NCBI GenBank assembly: GCA_009926305.1
Contig: RFPC01000006.1
Coordinates: 1,401 to 65,400, forward strand
DNA length: 64,000 nt
Direction: 5' to 3'
Origin: a bacterium
Lineage (GTDB): Bacteria > Bdellovibrionota_C > UBA2361 > RFPC01
Shown: piece by piece, positions 1 to 9,198 of the stretch
How positions within the stretch are numbered: position 1 is the first letter of the stretch
Layout: the number at the start of each line of letters is the position of its first letter
Program-made: the position numbers and the translations under genes
The notes under the pieces: model-generated
Databases searched by the model: none
The model's input: the letters and a program-made list of their open reading frames with translations, nothing else
What the model was told of the DNA's origin: nothing

Positions 1-1215
1 AAATTCAACTCGCACTCCCTCGGTATTCAGCAGCGCCTGATACTGGCGAGTGAGTGCATTCTGAGGCTCACAGAGAATCCGATAAAAATGCTCAGCTGAA
101 AGACTTTCCAGTTCAACTCGAATTGGGAAACGACCCTGAAATTCCGGCATCAAATCACTTGGCTTAGCGATATGAAAGGCACCCGACGCAATGAAGAGCA
201 CATGGTCAGTCTTGAGCGAGCCATACTTCGTTGAGACTATTGAGCCCTCAACGAGCGGAAGCAAGTCTCTTTGAACCCCTTCTCGAGAGACATCAGGACC
301 TTTTCCGCCCCCCTCTTTACCACATACTTTGTCTATTTCATCGAGAAATACGATACCGCCTTCCTCTGCTCTCTGTAGCCCCAGCTCTGCCACTCTCTCG
401 TGATCGATCAGGGAATCAAGTTGTTGCTGTAATAAAATTTCTCTCGCTTCACGAACCTTGACCCGTCGCTTCTCTCGCTGCGGTGGAATCATGTTACTAA
501 AAAGATCTTTAATTTGCCCCTCAATCTCAGCAAAGCCCTGAGGACCGAGTACTTGCATTTGCGTACCAGCTGTTTTCGTAATCTCTATCTCAACTTCGCG
601 TTCTTCGAACTTTCCGTCCTCAAGGAGCCGCCTGAGTCGCTCGCGTGTACTCGCATCCTCTTTATGTACACCGTCTTCGTTCTCAGTCTTATCGGTTCGT
701 GAACCTGGAAGAAGAAGATCGAGAATGTCCTCTTGAGTAGCTCGAAGCGCTCTTATTCTCATGCGCTCCTGCTCTTCCTCTCGAACAAGAGTGACTGAAG
801 CCTCGACCAAGTCTCGAATAATAGACTCTACATCTCTTCCAACGTATCCTACCTCTGTAAACTTTGATGCTTCCACCTTCACAAAAGGGGCTCGAGCGAG
901 CTTTGCCAATCTTCTTGAAATCTCAGTTTTTCCCACTCCTGTTGGACCAATCATTAAGATATTTTTCGGAGTTATCTCATCTCTAAAATCATCGGGGACC
1001 TGCAGTCGTCTCCATCGATTTCTCAATGCAAGCGCTACCGACTTTTTTGCACCTTCTTGCGCAACGATATACCTATCGAGTTTGGCAACGATCTCCTTCG
1101 GAGTCAGTTGCACCACCGCTCTTGATTCCAACTGTGCTTCGTCTTCTTTAACGATACTTCCGAAAGTCCCTTCAGGTTTCGGTTCGCTTCCTTCCGAATC
1201 CACTGCTTCAGCCAT
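1..1215 (-). CDS. hslU: ATP-dependent protease ATPase subunit HslU (C-terminal end cut by window edge)
   Basis: My minus-strand translation from the ATG at 1215-1213 stays open to base 1 (405 codons): MAEAVDSEG... It contains Walker [16 protein letters not shown], Walker [10 protein letters not shown] and [14 protein letters not shown]. It is missing from the ORF track because it runs off the window. The + ORF 761-1387 is its antisense shadow. Confidence 0.93.
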   Translation of the reverse strand, partial: MAEAVDSEGSEPKPEGTFGSIVKEDEAQLESRAVVQLTPKEIVAKLDRYIVAQEGAKKSVALALRNRWRRLQVPDDFRDEITPKNILMIGPTGVGKTEISRRLAKLARAPFVKVEASKFTEVGYVGRDVESIIRDLVEASVTLVREEEQERMRIRALRATQEDILDLLLPGSRTDKTENEDGVHKEDASTRERLRRLLEDGKFEEREVEIEITKTAGTQMQVLGPQGFAEIEGQIKDLFSNMIPPQREKRRVKVREAREILLQQQLDSLIDHERVAELGLQRAEEGGIVFLDEIDKVCGKEGGGKGPDVSREGVQRDLLPLVEGSIVSTKYGSLKTDHVLFIASGAFHIAKPSDLMPEFQGRFPIRVELESLSAEHFYRILCEPQNALTRQYQALLNTEGVRVEF

Positions 1216-1777
1216 TAGATTTCACCCCACTCGCGACTACTTCTTCGATACAAAAGTGCGTATTTGTAAATGGACAAATTTCTGCTGCAACATTCATTGC
1301 AAGCTCTGCTATTTCTCGTGTGGAAAGATTCTCATTGGGGAGTCGCAGTGCAGCCCGAGCAGCAGCAAGAGCAAAATTTCCTCCTGAACCAATTGCTAAG
1401 ATCCCATCGTCTGGCTCAATAACATCCCCCATACCAGATAAGAGATAGAGGTGCTCCGCATCTCCTACAATCATCATCGCCTCAAGTTTCCTTAATGCTC
1501 GGTCCATTCTCCAATCTTTTGCGAGTTCTACGGCAGCTCTACTGAGTTGACCACCGAACTCGGATAACTTCACTTCGAATCGCTCAAAGAGTGTAAAGGA
1601 ATCAGCTGCAGAGCCAGCAAAGCCCGCTAACATAGCTCCATGATGAAGAGTTCTGACTTTTCTGGCCCCCTGTTTGAAGACCGTATTCTGAAGAGTGACT
1701 TGACCATCTCCAATCATGACGAGGTTTCCGCCGCGACGAATCGCAAGAATGGTAGTGCTGTGAAATATGTTTTCCAT
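1208..1777 (-). CDS. hslV: ATP-dependent protease peptidase subunit HslV
   Basis: ORF 1208-1813. The likely start is ATG 1777, giving [17 protein letters not shown]..., with the catalytic Thr behind a short propeptide as in Bacillus CodW. It also shows GDGQVT and [17 protein letters not shown]. The stop TGA overlaps the hslU start (ATGGCTGA). Confidence 0.92.
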   Translation of the reverse strand: MENIFHSTTILAIRRGGNLVMIGDGQVTLQNTVFKQGARKVRTLHHGAMLAGFAGSAADSFTLFERFEVKLSEFGGQLSRAAVELAKDWRMDRALRKLEAMMIVGDAEHLYLLSGMGDVIEPDDGILAIGSGGNFALAAARAALRLPNENLSTREIAELAMNVAAEICPFTNTHFCIEEVVASGVKSNG

Positions 1778-1871
1778 ACAATTTAGTCTCGCGCCCGAAG
1801 GGAAAAAGGTCAACGACGGCTGTTATTATTCTTTTTCTTTTTTTGTGTCTATGCGCTTGATCTTAGGAACG

Positions 1872-2747
1872 TCACGAGAGGTTGGTTAGACTCTGCATAC
1901 ACCGCTGAGCCTCCTGAAAGTCCTCTCCTCTAATCTTTTCAAGAACTTCCTCATAGAGAGCGACATCACGTGGCGTGTGTTTGCCCGCTCCTAAACGAAG
2001 AATCTCGAGCTTTTCACTTACTTCTCTGATTGCCTCTTGTCTTAATTTGAACTGAAAATCGGGTCCCGATAGCAGCTTCAACAGAGCTAAAACCCGATAT
2101 CGGTCAAGCGCTTTGCGACTCCGAGAAAGCTGGTCTGAATGTCCCCCATATTTGAGGACAAGAGCACGTCTTACCAACCCTATCTGGTTGAAAGCGGTAA
2201 TTCTCAGCCAGAGATCGTAGTCTTCACAAACTGGAAGCTGCTCATCGAAGAGCCCGAAGCGCTCAAAGAGGGTGTGATGCATAAAGACTGAAGACGGACT
2301 TATACAACATCTCTTGAGAGATGGAATAAATGCGTCACCCTCAGGCATCGCATGTATCTTTTTCTGATTAACTCGAACTCCTCGTCTAAACCATGTTTCC
2401 AGGGATTGTGAGAACAGATATTGGTTTGAGGTCTCATGAAATTCAACATGTGCGGCCAGTTTCTCAGGGAGCCACTCATCATCTGAGTCAAGAAATGCAT
2501 ACCATTTGGACGGCGCGTGTTGAATGCCAACATTCCTTGCCGCTGAAACTCCTCGATTATTTTGCTGTATCCAGTAGTTGCCACTCTCTTCAACTAGCTG
2601 CCGTGCCTCACGCATGTCTGCATCTGAACCATCATCAACTACGGTCAATATGTAGTCTTTACAGGTCTGGGCAAGCACTGACCGTACCGCTCGTTGCAGC
2701 ATATCCGGTCGATTTCTCACTGGAATAATAACAGAAATACTCTTCAT
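1872..2747 (-). CDS. family 2 (GT-A) glycosyltransferase
   Basis: N-terminal SVIIPVRNRP...VVDDGSD...ARNVGI...LDSDDEW pattern (DXD) typical of GT2 enzymes. Confidence 0.85.
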   Translation of the reverse strand: MKSISVIIPVRNRPDMLQRAVRSVLAQTCKDYILTVVDDGSDADMREARQLVEESGNYWIQQNNRGVSAARNVGIQHAPSKWYAFLDSDDEWLPEKLAAHVEFHETSNQYLFSQSLETWFRRGVRVNQKKIHAMPEGDAFIPSLKRCCISPSSVFMHHTLFERFGLFDEQLPVCEDYDLWLRITAFNQIGLVRRALVLKYGGHSDQLSRSRKALDRYRVLALLKLLSGPDFQFKLRQEAIREVSEKLEILRLGAGKHTPRDVALYEEVLEKIRGEDFQEAQRCMQSLTNLS

Positions 2748-2847
2748 GATACGTTGCTTTTCATAGCGGGAACCACAATGGCTTATTTCTTGTTAAAAAG
2801 AAGTGGTAATACTGGATTTTCTCCTCTCCACCCTTACAATAAAGCGA

Positions 2848-3681
2848 ATGAATCTTATTGTCACCGCACTCAGACCAGAAGCCCTACCCTTCATTCAGCG
2901 CCTGAAGCTCAAGCGAGTACTCTCCATACGATCTCATGAGCTGTATCGACACGACTCTTTCTCGCTCATCATAACGGGTATCGGACTTACACAGGCGGCC
3001 ATTGGAACAACGCTGGCCCTGCAATTTTTCAGTAATCAAGGAATAAACATCAATACAATTACGAATGTTGGAATAGCAGGCTCTAACGGCGACTTTTCTC
3101 TCGGATCGATAGTCCGTCCTGTAAAAATCCAGAACCTTGCTACGCTGGAAACCTTCTATCCTGATATAACCGTTGATATAAAGGCTCAAGACGGTATTCT
3201 TCACTCGTCGCCTACTCCGATAGCATCACCAGATCATTGGCCAACAGATACGATTGCGGACATGGAAGGATCTGCATTTTTTGAAGCCAGTAAATCTTTC
3301 TTGCCAATTGAGAATATTCTTCTTCTGAAAATTATATCGGACTTCTTCAAACCAGAGACCATCACGAGAGATCGTATCGAAGAGCACATTCGCGTCCATA
3401 CATCACAAATCATTGAAACAATTCTGACACTTGAGCAAGTAACACAGAAGATTGTCGTATCGCTTCTCACCGAGAGCGATGAACAGCTTCTGGCAGACTG
3501 CGAGACACGTCTCTCGTTAACCTCATTTCAACGAACGACACTGCGAAATCATGCCAAGCAATTTAGAGCTCGGACACAGGCTCCCCTTCCCCTCAGCTCG
3601 CTCCTCAGAAGCGCTCATCCCGAAACAAAAGTAGAACAAAAAAAGATACTTCAAGAGGTGCTCAATGTCCTTGCAGAGTGA
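2848..3681 (+). CDS. PNP/UDP-1 family nucleosidase (MTA/SAH-nucleosidase, HpnG, MqnB-like) with an extra C-terminal region of about 100 aa
   Basis: ORF 2803-3681 with a likely ATG at 2848 (MNLIVTALRPEA). It carries ITGIGLTQAAIGTTLAL, VGIAGS and IADMEGSAFFEA, matching the nucleosidase fold pattern. The last 17 nt overlap the next gene. Confidence 0.7.
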   Translation: MNLIVTALRPEALPFIQRLKLKRVLSIRSHELYRHDSFSLIITGIGLTQAAIGTTLALQFFSNQGININTITNVGIAGSNGDFSLGSIVRPVKIQNLATLETFYPDITVDIKAQDGILHSSPTPIASPDHWPTDTIADMEGSAFFEASKSFLPIENILLLKIISDFFKPETITRDRIEEHIRVHTSQIIETILTLEQVTQKIVVSLLTESDEQLLADCETRLSLTSFQRTTLRNHAKQFRARTQAPLPLSSLLRSAHPETKVEQKKILQEVLNVLAE

Positions 3682-4717
3682 GGCTCCTCATACGAGTTAT
3701 ACGAAACTTTTCTCTCATATCTATGTCGAAGAGACTGCCCATGATCACCCAAGAACAAAGCGAATTCTAACTCGCTTTCCAAAAGCACGAATCATACCGA
3801 TCACGAGCTACAAAGAGGTCTTCAATCGTTACAATCAAAACTTTCAGTTTCAAAAACAGAGCAGGAAGCTCATACTTGCAAATAGAACAGATGAGTTTCT
3901 TTATCGTGGATCAGGCTTCGCTCCAGACTTTGAGCACAAGAATTTCTATTATAATACGCTTGCACTTAACTGTCTGTATGATTGTGAGTACTGCTATCTA
4001 CAAGGAATGTTCCCTTCTGCACACCTCGTTGCTTTTGTAAATAATGAGGGCTTTCTCAGAGCGATTGAAGAGAGAATAGCAAATGAAAAATCACTCTATC
4101 TCTGTCTATCATACGATACAGACCTTTTAGCTCTAGAAGATCTCTTTGGATATGTAGCCGAATGGATACAATTTGCGAACTTTCATCCTGGACTCACACT
4201 GGAGGTCCGAACCAAGAGTGTTGCGGTACAGACACTGCTTCACGTTCCGCCAAATCCTCGGATAATACTTGCTTGGACCCTCTCACCACACTCAATAGCG
4301 AGACAGTACGAAACTGGAACTCCATCGACGGAGGCGCGCATCAAGGCGATACAACGTGTTGCCGACCATGGATGGCCAGTACGTCTCTGTCTTGACCCGA
4401 TTCTTCCCGTTACAAACTGGAGAAATGAATACAAAGACTTGTTAAGGAGCGTAGCTTCAGTAATAGCCCCAGAGAGTATTAGTGAAATTAGCCTTGGGAC
4501 ATTTCGAATCAGCTCTGGGTACTTTAAACAAATGAAAAAACATCGACAGAGCTCAAGCCTGCTTCATCAACGATATGAAGATAAAAATGGCGTTGTATCG
4601 CTCCCTGTCGACCAAGAGCAAGAAGTGCTATCAGAAATCAAAGCACTGGCGGAAGAGCTCTTTCCACGCGAAAAAATTTACTTGCATCACGCCCCTTCTT
4701 CTCACGAAGCGCCATAA
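3665..4717 (+). CDS. radical SAM protein, spore-photoproduct-lyase (SplB) family-like
   Basis: CxxxCxxC cluster motif NCLYDCEYCYLQGMF (tgt at 3971). The size (350 aa) and the CxYCYLQ context match the SPL/COG1533 family. Confidence 0.72.
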   Translation: MSLQSEAPHTSYTKLFSHIYVEETAHDHPRTKRILTRFPKARIIPITSYKEVFNRYNQNFQFQKQSRKLILANRTDEFLYRGSGFAPDFEHKNFYYNTLALNCLYDCEYCYLQGMFPSAHLVAFVNNEGFLRAIEERIANEKSLYLCLSYDTDLLALEDLFGYVAEWIQFANFHPGLTLEVRTKSVAVQTLLHVPPNPRIILAWTLSPHSIARQYETGTPSTEARIKAIQRVADHGWPVRLCLDPILPVTNWRNEYKDLLRSVASVIAPESISEISLGTFRISSGYFKQMKKHRQSSSLLHQRYEDKNGVVSLPVDQEQEVLSEIKALAEELFPREKIYLHHAPSSHEAP

Positions 4718-4736
4718 TACCTCACCCAAAGAAGAC

Positions 4737-5156
4737 CTAGCGCCCTACAAGATTCACGACAAGCTTACGAAGATGTGGATTGACACGATGCTCCCAGAGA
4801 TAGATGCCCTGCCATGTACCAAGAGCGAGCTCTCCACTTACTACTGGTATTGATAAGGCCGTTTGAGTAATTGCTGATTTAATATGTGATGGCATATCAT
4901 CAGAGCCTTCTGCAGTGTGCGTGAAACCAGTATCATTCTCAGGAATAAGCTTATTCAGAAAATATTCAAGATCCGTTCTTGCTGATGGATCGGCATTTTC
5001 CTGAATTATTAAGCTTGCTGAGGTATGTCGAATAAAGACGGTACAGAGTCCATCCTTAACCTGTGAACTCCTCACTATCTCTAATATCTGAGGCGTAATC
5101 TCTATTAGACCCTGCCTCTTCGTATGAACTGTTACTATTTGGTTCGCTATCTCCAT
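4737..5156 (-). CDS. yjbQ: YjbQ/UPF0047 family protein (secondary thiamine-phosphate synthase-like)
   Basis: GLCTVFIRHTSASLIIQENADP ... EGSDDMPSHIKSA ... LALGTWQGIYLWEHR is the hallmark pattern of the YjbQ family. Confidence 0.85.
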   Translation of the reverse strand: MEIANQIVTVHTKRQGLIEITPQILEIVRSSQVKDGLCTVFIRHTSASLIIQENADPSARTDLEYFLNKLIPENDTGFTHTAEGSDDMPSHIKSAITQTALSIPVVSGELALGTWQGIYLWEHRVNPHLRKLVVNLVGR

Positions 5157-5209
5157 CGCGGCTTGCCCTCACAAAAGCTCATCCCTTTTCAGGTATCAGC
5201 CTTAAGAAT

Positions 5210-6523
5210 CTACTGGAGATCCTCAGTACAAACGATACGCTTTAATGAAGCCAGGTCAGTAAACGACACCTGCTCTCCTGTTTGAATATTCTTGACTGAA
5301 TTTTCAGCATCTAAAAAAACTACGAAAGGAATACCCTTTTTATCGGCGTAATCAATCTGTTTTCCGAGTTTTGGGGAGCGAAAAAACACTTCGCACGACA
5401 CTCCATCAACACGTAACGCTTCTGCAAATTCTTCCGCTTCTTTCCTTACCTCCTCGTTCAGTACTGTTACTAAAACACGAGCAGAAGACAGCTGAGGAAG
5501 CGGTAGAAGTTTCTCTCGAATAATTAAGTCCATTAAACGAGTCAGACCAATTGAAATTCCTACACCGGGCACATTCTTCGACAAGTACTTGCTGACTAAA
5601 TCTTCATATCTTCCCCCGCTACCGACAGAACCGAACTCGGGAAACTCTGTTATCTTACTCTCGACAATTGTTCCAGTGTAATAGTCAAGACCACGAGCTA
5701 TTTGAAATCGAACAACAATATGATCTCGAACACTCTTCGGTATCAAAGAAGCCACGGTAAGCAGCTCCTCTGCTCCTTCCTCCGCCATAGCAGAATTGAG
5801 GGATACTTGTGAAAGAACAGAGGCCAGTTGATCCAACGGGACTGTGGGTGCAACAAACTCCAGTATTCTGTCTCTTGCACTTGAAGATACCGAAAGAGCT
5901 TCGATCTGTTGCGCAGCTTCTGATTCTCCAATCTTATCAAGCTTATCAATGACAGATATGGCTTGCCTTGCAATATCGTCTGATAAACCAAGACCCGAAA
6001 AGTATCCTAATAGAAGTTTTCTATTATTGAGCTCAAGGCATGGAGTCCCAATATTTAACGCCAATAGACCCTTTGCTAATACTGTTACTACCTCGGCATC
6101 ACAGCAAAGCGGCAACTCATCCCTTGAAACGATATCAACATCAAATTGATAAAATTCCCGAAACCTACCCTTTTGAGGCCTCTCACCACGCCATGATTTC
6201 TGAAGTTGATATCGCTTAAACGGAAAAACAAGCTCATTGAAATGCATCGCCACATAACGGGCAAACGGTACGGTAAGATCAAAGTGGAGCCCGAGCTCTG
6301 GTTCCGAGTCGCTCTGTGCTGCCAGACGCTGCACAGCGTAGATTTCTTTGTTAATCTCCCCCTTTGATGAGAGAGTCTCAAGAAGTTCTACTGCTGGAGT
6401 TTCAATAGGAGTAAATCCATGGCTTTCATAAATTCTTTTGATTTTTGCAATGACTGCATCTTCTAACTTTTTCTCTGCTGGTAACCACTCTGGAAATCCA
6501 GATATTCCCTTATTTTTTGCCAT
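5210..6523 (-). CDS. hisS: histidine--tRNA ligase
   Basis: GFPEWLP..., class II motif 2 region WRGERPQKGRFREFYQFDVDIV, GSVGSGGRYDxL-like GSGGRYEDLV, and a C-terminal anticodon-binding domain. Confidence 0.92.
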   Translation of the reverse strand: MAKNKGISGFPEWLPAEKKLEDAVIAKIKRIYESHGFTPIETPAVELLETLSSKGEINKEIYAVQRLAAQSDSEPELGLHFDLTVPFARYVAMHFNELVFPFKRYQLQKSWRGERPQKGRFREFYQFDVDIVSRDELPLCCDAEVVTVLAKGLLALNIGTPCLELNNRKLLLGYFSGLGLSDDIARQAISVIDKLDKIGESEAAQQIEALSVSSSARDRILEFVAPTVPLDQLASVLSQVSLNSAMAEEGAEELLTVASLIPKSVRDHIVVRFQIARGLDYYTGTIVESKITEFPEFGSVGSGGRYEDLVSKYLSKNVPGVGISIGLTRLMDLIIREKLLPLPQLSSARVLVTVLNEEVRKEAEEFAEALRVDGVSCEVFFRSPKLGKQIDYADKKGIPFVVFLDAENSVKNIQTGEQVSFTDLASLKRIVCTEDLQ

Positions 6524-6584
6524 ATCGTCGTCCTCTAATTCCTGAAAGCCAAAGTATAAGAGAAAAACGACTGAGAGGCTATTC

Positions 6585-8444
6585 CTACCTTACTATCGAA
6601 GTCGCTGCTGACTTGAGCTGAATCTTAAAAAGATCATCTGATATTGGTGTCAGATTGTCGTGTTGAGGTGCCGAATCTTGCCCCCAATATCGTTCTTCGG
6701 CCTCTGACCAAACAAAGTGCGAAGGACATCTCCACTGCCCCCCCTCGCAATCGAGAGCTGGAATGAGTTCTCGCTGGGCCTCCATCCGCCCCTGATAGTC
6801 GATACCGTGCGACCAGAGCCACCCTTCATAGCCTGCAAAAAGCTTACGGCCTGTCAGCACGACTGCCCCATTGTGATCTGGGGCAGACAAAACTACAGCA
6901 CGAGCTGGAAGAGCTCTATGCCATTTCTCAGCGAGATATATTTTCTTTCTGTCAAACATTTCATACATCTCTCCCCTTTGAAAAATCGTCCACAATTCGA
7001 ACGTTGTGGGAATAATGAACAGGAAAACCATTGAATGAAGGATGCGCCTAGGTTGAACAGCCTCCTGTTTCATTATTAAAGCAAGGAGCACTACAAGCCC
7101 GACATAAAGCTTTATTTGATCCCACTCCCATACTGATAGCCCCACGAACCAAAAGATGATCGCTAAGATTATTAGTGAGATTGTGTCTTTCTTCTGCTTA
7201 TAGAAGACGAACGTTATCAGGAAAACCAGACTTATTGGCCATACATTCTGAAAAACATTCAGCAATCCACCTTCTTCTCTCACCATGCTCTGAGAAAGAA
7301 ACCCTGAGTACCGCAGTATAAAGAGAGATTCTTTCCCGTATAAAAATGGAAGCGCGTGAAAAGAAAGAAGCACCCCAGGAGAGAATAATTGGAATAGGAA
7401 GCAAAGGAAGGCTGTTTTTTGATCGCTTTTATATAAGAGAATAGCGAGCTGCATCCCAATAAATAACGCAGTCAACAGAAAGAAATGCGTATGGGCTAAG
7501 GGCATGAAACCCAGCAAAATGCCAGATACGCCCCCATATACTCTTCTGTCCTTTGGCGAATCTCGCCAATGAAAAAAGAGTTGTACCGTAATCAACATGA
7601 GCATTGCTCCGAAAAGAGCGCTACGTTGCGGAATCCATATAGTGGTCAGAAATGATGTCCAACTCATTCCGCGGGGAATCATTTGTCCAGAGTTCTGACC
7701 TAAACTCGCGTATCCACCCCCAGCAAGGAGTATAAACCATGGTAAAAGATTCTGAGATTTCGAAGAGAGTACTTGATACACCACTTCCCAGAGCAGGAGC
7801 CATTGAAACAAAAAAATAAGTGCCAAGTGCGAATAAGAGAGATTCCACTTCCAAATTACCGCCGACCAGAGATTGATCAAGAAAGGATATTGTAAAAATC
7901 CATCAGCATAAATGATCTGTTCAGGGGGAAAGTTATCAGCCCGAACAAACGACGTAATCATCCCGAGGTGAAACGGATAATCTCCATAGGCATTTCTCCA
8001 AGCACTTATAATTCGCTCCTCATAGAACTCAATAAGCGTTGTTCCCAATACGATGTGGACTATCAACCAAACGAGATGCCCTAGCGATAATCGAGGAAGC
8101 GGTTGCTTCAAAAAAGCAAAAAAGTTCCTCCAGCGTCGAGAGATAAGGAACAGGAAGGGTAGGCAACAAGAAATTCCCCAAGAACCACCGAAGGACTTCA
8201 GCACCAAAAAAGCAACAAGAAACGTTGTGAGACCTAGAGCAAATTCTGGGGGAAAGCCAGGAAAGCGACTCTCTTCTTCAGCGTGACAGGCATTATTGTG
8301 GCTAAACCATCTCTTGCAGCAAACCCATACGCTACGACCGAGCGCTCGAAGCAATACGATATGAAGGATAAATAGCGAGGCTGAAATGACGAGTAGGCTG
8401 ATCCCCTCTTGCAATCGGTCCATACATAATACCGTAAAGTGCAA
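6585..8444 (-). CDS. large polytopic membrane protein with a soluble C-terminal domain (possibly a GT-C-type glycosyltransferase; function not established)
   Basis: 619-aa ORF with at least 10 hydrophobic helices. An early loop motif, GDYPFHLGMITSF..ADNFPPEQIIYADGFLQYPFLIN, recalls GT-C/PMT-like enzymes. The start is uncertain (alternative M at 8423). Confidence 0.6.
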   Translation of the reverse strand: MHFTVLCMDRLQEGISLLVISASLFILHIVLLRALGRSVWVCCKRWFSHNNACHAEEESRFPGFPPEFALGLTTFLVAFLVLKSFGGSWGISCCLPFLFLISRRWRNFFAFLKQPLPRLSLGHLVWLIVHIVLGTTLIEFYEERIISAWRNAYGDYPFHLGMITSFVRADNFPPEQIIYADGFLQYPFLINLWSAVIWKWNLSYSHLALIFLFQWLLLWEVVYQVLSSKSQNLLPWFILLAGGGYASLGQNSGQMIPRGMSWTSFLTTIWIPQRSALFGAMLMLITVQLFFHWRDSPKDRRVYGGVSGILLGFMPLAHTHFFLLTALFIGMQLAILLYKSDQKTAFLCFLFQLFSPGVLLSFHALPFLYGKESLFILRYSGFLSQSMVREEGGLLNVFQNVWPISLVFLITFVFYKQKKDTISLIILAIIFWFVGLSVWEWDQIKLYVGLVVLLALIMKQEAVQPRRILHSMVFLFIIPTTFELWTIFQRGEMYEMFDRKKIYLAEKWHRALPARAVVLSAPDHNGAVVLTGRKLFAGYEGWLWSHGIDYQGRMEAQRELIPALDCEGGQWRCPSHFVWSEAEERYWGQDSAPQHDNLTPISDDLFKIQLKSAATSIVR

Positions 8445-8500
8445 CAGACGTAATAACCACCCATTGAAAACTTTAACACCATCCTATAGCGTTCTAGTCT

Positions 8501-9175
8501 ATGAAGCTATACATCGTCCGCCATGGCGAGACCATTGAGAACCGAAGTAACATCATCCAAGGTCAGCAACATGGCCAACTCTCCGATCTCGGCATACTAC
8601 AACGGGAGAAGCTTGCCCGTCGTTTGCAAGATTTCTCCTTCGATGCAATTTACTCGAGCGATCTTGAACGCACACGGGAGACGCTGGCACCTTTTGCTAG
8701 CACCACTCCTCTTCCTGTGCGATACACCGAAGTCCTCCGAGAGAAATCTTTTGGCGATCTCGAGGGCTACTCGGGAGAAATCTACCGAAGAAAACTACAA
8801 GCTTCTGGAAAGACTCGCATCGACTTTCGCCCCAATAAGGGCGAGAGCTTTATTGACCTTACAGACAGACTGACTCCTTTCGTTGAGGCTCTTCATGCTA
8901 ATCATTCAGGAGAATCCATTCTTCTTATGACACATGGTGGAGTAGTGCGAGTTCTTCTCAATCTACTACTTGGCATGCCCCTAGAAGAACTCTTACAAAC
9001 AGAAATACGAAATACGTCCATCAGTACAGTCTGCTTTCATCCTCATACTCGTGATGAAAAAGGTGTGCAGTCTTTCTCTATGAATGATTACACGCATCTA
9101 AGTGAGCTTGATGATTCAGGAGAACATACAAATGGTGTTGATGCCTTTTTTGGAGCTCTTCCTGTAAAGGACTAA
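8501..9175 (+). CDS. histidine phosphatase family protein (phosphoglycerate mutase-like)
   Basis: N-terminal LYIVRHGETIEN (RHG catalytic motif) and a later MTHGGVVR motif. Confidence 0.85.
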   Translation: MKLYIVRHGETIENRSNIIQGQQHGQLSDLGILQREKLARRLQDFSFDAIYSSDLERTRETLAPFASTTPLPVRYTEVLREKSFGDLEGYSGEIYRRKLQASGKTRIDFRPNKGESFIDLTDRLTPFVEALHANHSGESILLMTHGGVVRVLLNLLLGMPLEELLQTEIRNTSISTVCFHPHTRDEKGVQSFSMNDYTHLSELDDSGEHTNGVDAFFGALPVKD

Positions 9176-9198
9176 ACTTTTCCCCATGGGAGTTATAA

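Noticed and set aside
761-1387. Long + strand ORF (208 aa) at the left end, and similar long ORFs at 20481-21101, 34573-35025, 41399-41851, 46946-47383, 47439-47792 and 51621-52034
   Set aside because: Each lies antisense to, or out of frame with, a gene that has unmistakable conserved motifs (hslU, asnB and neighbour, dnaX, accB/accC, pilQ, pilO, priA). Their translations are low-complexity and S/L/R/P-rich. They are shadow ORFs.
8688-8706. Sigma-54-like TGGCAC...TTGC string (TGGCACCTTTTGCT)
   Set aside because: The GG-to-GC spacing is 8 nt instead of 10, and the string lies inside the histidine phosphatase coding region.
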